From Patescibacteria group bacterium (GTDB lineage Bacteria; Patescibacteriota; Minisyncoccia; UBA6257; UBA9933), in the NCBI GenBank assembly GCA_038063395.1, contig JBBTVE010000002.1, positions 1-26,489 of the forward strand: a stretch of 26,489 nt of DNA, given 5' to 3'. Below the pieces are notes generated by a model that was not told the origin of the DNA, searched no databases, and saw only the letters and a list, made by a program, of their open reading frames with translations. Below are positions 1 to 6,570 of this stretch, one piece after another; within the stretch, counting starts at the first letter, position 1; every line of letters begins with the position of its first letter. A program made the translations under genes and the position numbers.

Positions 1-2563
1 ATCTTATAATTACTTTTTTATAAATCTCATCATGGCTTTTTTCCGAAAAACGAAGGTCTTCGGCTCGCATCACCGGTGAAGATAAAAGATAAAGACGAAG
101 CGCGTCGGCGCCGTATTTTTCAATAATTTCCATCGGGTCGGGATAATTTTTCAAACGTTTTGACATCTTTTGTCCGTCTTCCGCCAAAATAATCCCATTA
201 ACAACCGCGTTTTTGTAAGCGGATTTATTAAAAATCGCCGCTGACAAAACCAACATTGTATAAAACCAACCGCGCGTCTGATCAAGACCTTCTGCAATAA
301 ATTCCGCTGGAAACGCAAACTTTTCGCCCGAAAACGGATAATGCGTCTGACCGTAAGGCATTGAACCTGATTCAAACCAACAATCAAAAACTTCTAAAAT
401 TCGTTTCATTTTCCCGCCGCAATTACACCTTAATTCAACTTCATCGATGTAGGGCCTATGCAAATCAATTTCATAATTTCTATTATGCGGAATCGGCGCG
501 AAATCAAGTTCTTGAAATTCTCCGGTTTTAATAAAATCCGGCTTGTCTTTTTTTATTTCAACCGCTTTTTTCGCGTCGGCGCCCAAAGCCGTTGCAAACA
601 TCAACCAAATAGAATATTCATGACTGATAATTAAAATATTTTTACCGGAATATTTAATGTTAATTTCGTATAAAAATTCCGCGACGCGGTTTTTAAGTTC
701 AATAAGATTTTCACCCTCCGGCGGATTTTTATAAAATTTTTCTTCCAACGAAAAAAAGTATTTATGGTATTCTTCGGCTGACTGGCCGTCAAAAATTCCA
801 ACATTAACTTCGCGAATTCTTTCGTCAAAAATCAAATCATCGCCGTTAATGCCTAATTTTTCAACCATAATTTCCGAGGTTTCTTTAGTGCGCAAATAAT
901 CCGAAGAAAATATCATATCTATTTTCTCTCCTTTCAATTTAAGAGCCGTTATCGCAACTTGTTTTTTCCCTTTTTCGGTAAGATGATGGCCGTTTTTTAT
1001 ATTACAACTGGCGATATTTTCAATATTGCTTTGGGCTTCGCCGTGACGCATCACAAAATATTTATTGCCGGATTTTTCAGTTTTATTTTTAAGGTCATTA
1101 AGTGAACCGATAATTTCAATTTTTTCGCATTTTTGGCATTTCCAAACGGGAATCGGCGCTCCCCAAAAACGGCTTCTTGAAATCGCCCAATCTCTCGCTT
1201 CTTTGAGCCAATTTCCAAACCGTCCCTCTTTAATATATTCGGGAATCCAATTTATTTTTTTATTAATCTCGATAAGTTTATTTTTAATTGCCGCGACTTT
1301 CATAAACCATGAAGAAGCCGCGTAATTTATAAGCGGCGTGTCGCAACGCCAGCAATACGGATAAGAATGAGAGATTTTTAGCTTGCTAAAAAGTTTATTA
1401 TTAACAGCCAGCCATTTAATAATTTCAATATCCGTGGCTTGCGAATTGTCTTTTGATTTAACCGGCATGCCGGCAAAATCTTTAACCTCTTGCTTAAATC
1501 TGCCGTCAATTGAAACATGCTGAATAAAAGGCAAATTATGCTTTTGCGCCAAATTATAATCGTCTTCGCCGAACGCCGGAGCGATATGGACAACGCCTGT
1601 CCCCTCTTCGGTTGTCACGAAATCCGAGCTATAAATTTTCCAGCCATTTTCGAGATTTTTTAAAATTTCATCTTTTGCACCCTCTTTCGCTGAAGCTACA
1701 GCGGGCAAGTAGTAATTGAAAAGCGGTTTATATTTTTTACCAATAAGCTCCTCTCCCTTAAAATTATCTAAAATTTCATATTTTTCTTCACCTAAAATCT
1801 CCAATCTTTTTTTTGCCAAAATAAATTGCTGCGGTTCATTGTTCGTAGTTTGTGTCCTGATTTTTACATATTCAATTTCCGGATTTATCGCCAAGGCCGC
1901 GTTTCCGGGCAAAGTCCAAGGCGTCGTAGTCCAAGCCAGAATATAAGTATTCAATTCATTTTCCAGCTCAAATTTCACCGTAACTGAAATGTCGGTAATG
2001 TCCTTATAATTCATGCCTACTTCAAGATTAGAGAGAGTTGTTTCACATCTTGGACAAAGATGCATTGATTTATAACCCTCATAAATCAACTCTTTATCAA
2101 AAAGCGTTTTGAAAACCCACCAAACGGATTCCGTATATTCCCAATCCATTGTCTTATAATCATTTTCCATATCTACCCAGCGGCCGATGCGAGCAATCGT
2201 TTTTTTCCATTCATCGGCATAACGAAGAACGCTATCCTTGGCGGCTTTATTAAATTTTTCAACACCATAATTTTCTATCTCTTTTTTTGTTTTGAAGCCC
2301 AATTCTTTTTCAATTTCATACTCAACCGGCAAACCGTGGCAATCCCAACCCCAACGCCGCTTTACTTTATAACCCTTCATTGTTTTGTAGCGAGGAATGG
2401 CATCTTTAATAATGCTCGCTAAAATATGACCGTAATGAGGCGTGCCAGTGGCAAACGGCGGGCCGTCATAGAAAACAAAATCACCCTTTGGCGATTTTTT
2501 ATCCAAAGATTTCTCAAAAATTTTATTTTCTTGCCAGAATTTTAAAATTTCTTTTTCTAACAT
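1..2563 (-). CDS. ileS: Isoleucine--tRNA ligase (type 2, HYGH), 3'-truncated by window edge, with inserted histidine phosphatase domain
   Basis: Manual translation from ATG at 2563: YDGPPFATGTPHYGH, WGWDCHGLP, AWTTTPWTLPGN, GTGVVHIAPAFG, WAISRSRFWGAPIP, WFESGSMP, EGLDQTRGWF, KMSKR (M at 164-166). All anchors checked are in one frame. Absent from ORF track because no stop codon lies in the window. Confidence 0.97.
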   Translation of the reverse strand, partial: MLEKEILKFWQENKIFEKSLDKKSPKGDFVFYDGPPFATGTPHYGHILASIIKDAIPRYKTMKGYKVKRRWGWDCHGLPVEYEIEKELGFKTKKEIENYGVEKFNKAAKDSVLRYADEWKKTIARIGRWVDMENDYKTMDWEYTESVWWVFKTLFDKELIYEGYKSMHLCPRCETTLSNLEVGMNYKDITDISVTVKFELENELNTYILAWTTTPWTLPGNAALAINPEIEYVKIRTQTTNNEPQQFILAKKRLEILGEEKYEILDNFKGEELIGKKYKPLFNYYLPAVASAKEGAKDEILKNLENGWKIYSSDFVTTEEGTGVVHIAPAFGEDDYNLAQKHNLPFIQHVSIDGRFKQEVKDFAGMPVKSKDNSQATDIEIIKWLAVNNKLFSKLKISHSYPYCWRCDTPLINYAASSWFMKVAAIKNKLIEINKKINWIPEYIKEGRFGNWLKEARDWAISRSRFWGAPIPVWKCQKCEKIEIIGSLNDLKNKTEKSGNKYFVMRHGEAQSNIENIASCNIKNGHHLTEKGKKQVAITALKLKGEKIDMIFSSDYLRTKETSEIMVEKLGINGDDLIFDERIREVNVGIFDGQSAEEYHKYFFSLEEKFYKNPPEGENLIELKNRVAEFLYEINIKYSGKNILIISHEYSIWLMFATALGADAKKAVEIKKDKPDFIKTGEFQELDFAPIPHNRNYEIDLHRPYIDEVELRCNCGGKMKRILEVFDCWFESGSMPYGQTHYPFSGEKFAFPAEFIAEGLDQTRGWFYTMLVLSAAIFNKSAYKNAVVNGIILAEDGQKMSKRLKNYPDPMEIIEKYGADALRLYLLSSPVMRAEDLRFSEKSHDEIYKKVIIR

Positions 2564-2569
2564 ATTAAA

Positions 2570-2598
2570 AATATACTATTTTAGACCAGTAAATTCAA
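2570..2598 (-). promoter_or_regulatory. Sigma70-type promoter of ileS (probably leaderless)
   Basis: TTGAAT (2593-2598), 17 bp, TATATT (2570-2575), then 6 nt to ATG. Confidence 0.55.
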
Positions 2599-2634
2599 CA
2601 AAAAAGAGGGGTTGCGATAGCATTCCCCCCTCTT
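2597..2634 (-). terminator. Intrinsic terminator after the small Zn-ribbon ORF
   Basis: AAGAGGGG / CCCCTCTT stem (2604-2611, 2627-2634) followed by a T-run on the minus strand. Confidence 0.75.
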
Positions 2635-2647
2635 AAAGGTTTTTTTC

Positions 2648-2932
2648 TTAACATGAACCTCCCTTCAATTTTATTCTCACTTGGATGGGCCCCACCCTAC
2701 CCAAGTACATTCCTGGCCTCAAGGGCTGTCCTATACGACGTACCCCATTGGAATCGCTGATTGTTATTCCTTGCTTACATCTAGAACAAAAGACATTGTC
2801 TTCGAAAAACACTAGCAGTCCTTTGATAAGTGTCTTGCAATAAGGACATTTTACCTCAAAATTCTTTTCCGCGTTTAAAACCAAAACCGCTGTTTTGTAT
2901 TTTTTTTCATTCGTATTTACTCTATTTCCCAT
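2648..2932 (-). CDS. Hypothetical 94-aa Zn-ribbon protein (CPYC...CSRC)
   Basis: ORF track frame. Start moved to ATG 2932 (MGNRVN) because AGGAGG lies 5 nt upstream. Has its own promoter and terminator. Confidence 0.7.
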   Translation of the reverse strand: MGNRVNTNEKKYKTAVLVLNAEKNFEVKCPYCKTLIKGLLVFFEDNVFCSRCKQGITISDSNGVRRIGQPLRPGMYLGRVGPIQVRIKLKGGSC

Positions 2933-2972
2933 GACAACCTCCTGGTTTAATTTATTTAAATGTTCCAATTAT

Positions 2973-3001
2973 ATTATATCATAAGATAAATAATTTTGCA
3001 A
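2973..3001 (-). promoter_or_regulatory. Extended -10 sigma70 promoter of the Zn-ribbon ORF
   Basis: TTGCAA (2996-3001), 17 bp, TG-A-TATAAT (TATAAT 2973-2978). Confidence 0.7.
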
Positions 3002-3004
3002 TAC

Positions 3005-4606
3005 CTACATTTTTTTTGGGATATTTACTCCTAAAATGTTTAAAATATTTTCAAAAACAATTTGTGTTGCTTTTATTAATTCCAGGCGCGCCATTGTTAA
3101 ATCAATATCCACCCCTTCACCCACTACTCTCTCTTTTTCATAAAAATTATGAAATTCCCGTGCCAAATCCAAAGAATAACGAACTAAAATTTGCGGATTA
3201 TATTTTTCAGCCGATTCTTCAATAATTTCCGAAAATCGCGCTAGCATTCGCATCAAATTCAAATCTTCTTTTGTGTTTAATAAATTTGAGTTAATGTCTG
3301 GCCTTTGACCTTTGACCTTTGACTTCTGTAAAATACTATCGCATCTAACGGCCGCGTATTGAACATAATAAACCGGATTTTTCATTGACCGCTCTTTTGC
3401 CAATTCCAAATCAAAATCCATATGGGTTTCCGGCGAATGCATTAAAAAGAAAAATCTCGCGACATCAATTCCAACCTCGGCGATAAGATCGCCGAAAGCG
3501 ATGAATTCCCCTTTTCGTTTTGACATTTTTATTTCTTCCCCTTTTCTTATCAAACGAACCGCTTGAGTAATTATAATTTTACTGTTTTTAACCCCCATAA
3601 TTTCAGCCGCTGCTTGAATTCTTTTAACATAACCATAGTGGTCTGGTCCCATAATATTGATTTTTTGTCCAAATCCCCGTTTTTTTGTTTCCAGATAATG
3701 ACCGGCATCCGCCAAAAAATAAGTTGGAAATCCGTCTTTGGTAATAAGAACCCTGTCTTTATCGTCGCTAAATTGCGTTGTTTTGAACCATAAAGCGCCG
3801 TCTTTTTTGTATGTTAGCCCAGATTTTTCAAAAATCGCCAACGCTTTTTTTGTAAAATTTTTCTTTTGAATATGACGATCTTCCGAAGTAAAACGGTCAA
3901 AACGGATTTTTGAATCTTTTATTAAAACCTTTTTTATCGATGCGAGAAAATTTTTAGCCGCCAATTGCCCGATTTTCAAATAATTGTTTTTATACTTTTT
4001 AATCGCTGCCGAATTTTTATTAGCCCAATCCTTGATATAATCGCCCTGATAAAAATTTTCTTCCCGGGGAATTAAATTTGCCGTTGCGGCCATTGATTTT
4101 CCCAAAGTAATAATCTGATTGCCGGTATCATTGACATAATATTCACGCTCAACCTTATATCCTTGAAATTCTAAAATATTTGACAAAACATCGCCAAAAA
4201 ATCCTCCTCGACCGTTCGCCAAAGTTAAAGGGCCTGTTGGATTGGCAGAGATAAACTCAATCTGAACCTTTGACATCTGACCTTTGACATTTGACCGACC
4301 GTAATTCTTTTTCTTTTTTAATATTTCTTTCAATTCGTTTTGTAAAACTTTCGGTTTTAACCAAAAATTTATGAAACCCGGAGGAGTGACTTCAATTTTA
4401 TTAAAAACATCTGACGTCCGACGTCTGACATCTGACGCAATTTTTTCGGCAATTTGTATCGAATTTTCGCCGCGGATTTTCGTCAACTTCAAAGCGACAT
4501 TCGTTGAATAATGTCCGAACTGCTCGTTTTCCGGAATGAAAATTTCAATTTTTATTTTTTCTTTAATGGCTTTTTTAAAATAATTTATAATGTTTGACTT
4601 AATCAT
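3005..4606 (-). CDS. argS: Arginine--tRNA ligase
   Basis: FGHYSTNVAL, IEFISANPTGP, REYYVNDTGNQ, GPDHYGY, KMSKRKG, NPVYYVQYA and C-terminal DALR-type region; 533 aa. Confidence 0.97.
   Translation of the reverse strand: MIKSNIINYFKKAIKEKIKIEIFIPENEQFGHYSTNVALKLTKIRGENSIQIAEKIASDVRRRTSDVFNKIEVTPPGFINFWLKPKVLQNELKEILKKKKNYGRSNVKGQMSKVQIEFISANPTGPLTLANGRGGFFGDVLSNILEFQGYKVEREYYVNDTGNQIITLGKSMAATANLIPREENFYQGDYIKDWANKNSAAIKKYKNNYLKIGQLAAKNFLASIKKVLIKDSKIRFDRFTSEDRHIQKKNFTKKALAIFEKSGLTYKKDGALWFKTTQFSDDKDRVLITKDGFPTYFLADAGHYLETKKRGFGQKINIMGPDHYGYVKRIQAAAEIMGVKNSKIIITQAVRLIRKGEEIKMSKRKGEFIAFGDLIAEVGIDVARFFFLMHSPETHMDFDLELAKERSMKNPVYYVQYAAVRCDSILQKSKVKGQRPDINSNLLNTKEDLNLMRMLARFSEIIEESAEKYNPQILVRYSLDLAREFHNFYEKERVVGEGVDIDLTMARLELIKATQIVFENILNILGVNIPKKM
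3302..3322. repeat. In-frame heptamer tandem repeat (CCTTTGA x3) in argS
   Basis: Three perfect 7-bp units, encoding SKVKGQR. Confidence 0.9.
4267..4294. repeat. Heptamer tandem repeat in argS (CCTTTGA CATCTGA CCTTTGA CATTTGA)
   Basis: Four 7-bp units, encoding part of SNVKGQMSKV. Confidence 0.85.
4408..4435. repeat. Heptamer tandem repeat in argS (CATCTGA CGTCCGA CGTCTGA CATCTGA)
   Basis: Four 7-bp units, encoding part of SDVRRRTSDV. Confidence 0.85.
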
Positions 4607-4623
4607 TTGACTTCAATTATACT
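4594..4623 (+). promoter_or_regulatory. Putative promoter of the two-ORF islet
   Basis: TTGACT (4594-4599), 18 bp, TATACT (4618-4623). Confidence 0.55.
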
Positions 4624-4644
4624 GGGAATAGAACACTTAATCAA
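4616..4644 (-). promoter_or_regulatory. Sigma70 promoter of argS (near-leaderless)
   Basis: TTGATT (4639-4644), 17 bp, TATAAT (4616-4621), 9 nt to ATG at 4606. Confidence 0.65.
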
Positions 4645-4666
4645 AATAAAAAGGAGGCTCGGGAAT

Positions 4667-4891
4667 ATGGAAAAATGTCCAAAATGCAAAAGATACACAT
4701 TAGAGAGAACAAAGGTAAATGAAAAACGTTGTCTTAAAGATGGCTGCACAATTCGAGTTTATGACGACGGTTCAACATCAGACCTAGTACTAGTATTTGG
4801 ATTCAAAACGAACACAATAAAACGGGTTAGAACATATCCTGATGGGAGAAAAGAAACAATAAATGAACATTGCTTTCTTGGGGAGATTTAA
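4667..4891 (+). CDS. Hypothetical 74-aa Cys-rich (Zn-ribbon-like) protein
   Basis: MEKCPKCKRY...RCLKDGC. Start moved from 4607 to 4667 because AAGGAGG is at 4651-4657. Confidence 0.7.
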   Translation: MEKCPKCKRYTLERTKVNEKRCLKDGCTIRVYDDGSTSDLVLVFGFKTNTIKRVRTYPDGRKETINEHCFLGEI

Positions 4892-5041
4892 ATGGGAGAC
4901 ATTATAGATTTTAGGAAAAAGAAAGCAGAAAGAGACAAAAGAGAAGAAGTAAAAATATATGGCAATATGTTAAAGAATATAAAACATCTTTTGCCAAAAG
5001 ATCGAGAAGATCAAAATGACCCGCCGCCAAAAGCGTCTTAA
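4892..5041 (+). CDS. Hypothetical 49-aa charged protein (below ORF-track cutoff)
   Basis: MGDIIDFRKKKAERDKREEVKIYGNMLKNIKHLLPKDREDQNDPPPKAS*. ATG abuts the upstream TAA and GGGGAG lies at 4880-4885. Confidence 0.6.
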   Translation: MGDIIDFRKKKAERDKREEVKIYGNMLKNIKHLLPKDREDQNDPPPKAS

Positions 5042-5043
5042 AT

Positions 5044-5081
5044 GGCCGAAAAGTAATTTATTTACTGAGTAGGCCTTTTTT
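5044..5081 (+). terminator. Possible intrinsic terminator
   Basis: GGCC...AGTAA/TTACT...GGCC interrupted stem followed by T6. Confidence 0.45.
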
Positions 5082-5116
5082 ATTTCTAAAATCCAAAAAT
5101 CGCTTATACTTAAACC

Positions 5117-5554
5117 ATGCCTGTCATCACCATAAATAAACGCGCTTATTTTGATTATGAAATCCTGGAAACTTTTGAAGCCGGAATTGAACTTTTCGGT
5201 TTTGAAGTGAAATCCGTCAAAAACGGCCGAATAAATTTAGCCGGTTCTTATGCGATTATAAGAGGTGGCGAGATTTGGCTGATTAATACCGATATCCCAG
5301 CTTATCAACCCAAAAACGCTCCGCCTGATTATAATGCTAAAAGGAACCGCCGTCTTCTTTTGAAAAAAAAAGAGATAGAATTTTTAATCGGCAAAACCGT
5401 TGAAAAGGGCTTGACTTTAGTCCCTTTGAAAGTTTATACTAAAGAACGAAAAATTAAGATTGAAATAGGATTGACTAAGAACAGAAAGAAAAAGGACAAA
5501 AGAGAATTGATAAAAAAACGCGAAGCGGAAAGAGAAATCAAATTGGGGATGTAA
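5117..5554 (+). CDS. smpB: SsrA-binding protein SmpB
   Basis: NKRAYFDYEILETFEAGIELFGFEVKS, RRLLLKKKEI, GLTLVPLKVY, DKRELIKKRE. Confidence 0.98.
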   Translation: MPVITINKRAYFDYEILETFEAGIELFGFEVKSVKNGRINLAGSYAIIRGGEIWLINTDIPAYQPKNAPPDYNAKRNRRLLLKKKEIEFLIGKTVEKGLTLVPLKVYTKERKIKIEIGLTKNRKKKDKRELIKKREAEREIKLGM

Positions 5555-5883
5555 GGCTTCGACAGAAGATCTTTTCAAAAAACAGCGAGCCGAGCCGATT
5601 AACTCGTTAAACTGATTAAAACAAAAATAACTGCCAACAAAAATTTGGCTCCCGCGTTCGCTTTCGCGTAATGCGGCATCCGCTTTTAATCGCCTGAGTT
5701 GAAAAGTCGGGTGTTATACTTCAGGATATATCAGATATCAAGCCGAAAATATCTAATGAAAAATTCGGCGAAAATTTAGAAGGTTTTGTCAGATTTCAAC
5801 TTTTAAATTTATTCTAATCTAACTACGCTCGTAGAAGTCTTTTGGAAAATCTTTTGGACGGGGTTTCAATACCCCCATCTCCA
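5545..5883 (+). ncRNA. ssrA: tmRNA (one-piece)
   Basis: 5' GGGGATG pairs with 3' CATCTCC (5876-5882) including G3-U70. Discriminator A5883, 5' GGCTTCGAC motif, internal tag ORF after ATAACT, adjacent to smpB. Confidence 0.95.
5633..5671 (+). other. tmRNA tag reading frame ANKNLAPAFAFA*
   Basis: ATAACT-GCC AAC AAA AAT TTG GCT CCC GCG TTC GCT TTC GCG TAA. Confidence 0.85.
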
Positions 5884-5899
5884 CATAAAACATAACAAT

Positions 5900-6406
5900 A
5901 TTATCCAACAGTATCGTATCAACAATCAAATAAAGGCGCCGGAGCTTCGAATCGTTGACGAAGTCGAAGGGAACCTAGGAGTGATGTCGCTTGAGGCGGC
6001 ATTAAAATTGGCATCAGATAAAGGATTGGATTTGATAGAAATCGCGCCAATGGTCAAACCGCCGGTAGCAAAAATAATCAGTTTTGACAAATTCCGCTAT
6101 CAAAAAGAAAAAGAGTTGAAAAAACAAAGAGGAGGCCAAAAAATCAGCGAATTGAAAACCGTTCAAATCAGCGCCCGAGCGGCAAAAAACGATTTGGAAA
6201 CCCAGGCAAAAAAAATCGAAAAGTTCCTAAACGAAGGAAATAAGGTAGAAATATCTCTTCGATTAAGGGGCAGAGAAAAATATAATAGAGATTGGGCGCG
6301 CCAAAAATTAAATGAATTTATAGCGATGATTCCCGTTGAATACAAAATCGCGATGGAACCAAGATTTGGAGGAAAAGGAATAGTGATGCAAATAACAAAA
6401 AAATGA
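5900..6406 (+). CDS. infC: Translation initiation factor IF-3, non-canonical ATT start
   Basis: The frame upstream of the track's start reads IIQQYRINNQIKAPELRIVDEVEGNLGVMS, the conserved IF3 N-terminus. ATT at 5900 is in frame (ATC 5903 is an alternative). KIISFDKFRYQ and LRLRGRE follow. Confidence 0.93.
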   Translation: MIQQYRINNQIKAPELRIVDEVEGNLGVMSLEAALKLASDKGLDLIEIAPMVKPPVAKIISFDKFRYQKEKELKKQRGGQKISELKTVQISARAAKNDLETQAKKIEKFLNEGNKVEISLRLRGREKYNRDWARQKLNEFIAMIPVEYKIAMEPRFGGKGIVMQITKK

Positions 6407-6567
6407 AAAAATCAATTTCCAGTAGAATAAAAATTACCAAAACCGGAAAAGTATTGAGGCGGGCAATGGGTCAATGCCATTTCCGCGCTAAAAAAAGAAG
6501 TACTCAAACCAGACGAAGAAAAGGATTTCGCGGGATTGAACTTGGGAAAATAATTAAATATCTATAA
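6403..6567 (+). CDS. rpmI: 50S ribosomal protein L35 (54 aa, not in ORF track)
   Basis: MKKSISSRIKITKTGKVLRRAMGQCHFRAKK...; ATGA overlap with infC; infC-rpmI-rplT synteny. Confidence 0.92.
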   Translation: MKKSISSRIKITKTGKVLRRAMGQCHFRAKKRSTQTRRRKGFRGIELGKIIKYL

Positions 6568-6570
6568 ATT

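Noticed and set aside
1-2563. Apparent lack of a long ORF and six short track ORFs (151..387, 631..828, 1065..1325, 1378..1593, 1716..1946 etc.) suggesting a pseudogene or non-coding region
   Set aside because: The region is one continuous minus-strand ileS frame running off the edge; the short ORFs are shadows.
2564-2647. T-box riboswitch upstream of ileS (or argS)
   Set aside because: No room and no T-box consensus; the promoter-like elements abut the start codons.
2933-2968. Track start at 2968 for the Zn-ribbon ORF
   Set aside because: Non-ATG start lying only a few nt past the -10; ATG 2932 has a well-spaced SD.
4607-4666. Track start at 4607 (TTG)
   Set aside because: Lies upstream of the predicted transcription start; ATG 4667 has the SD.
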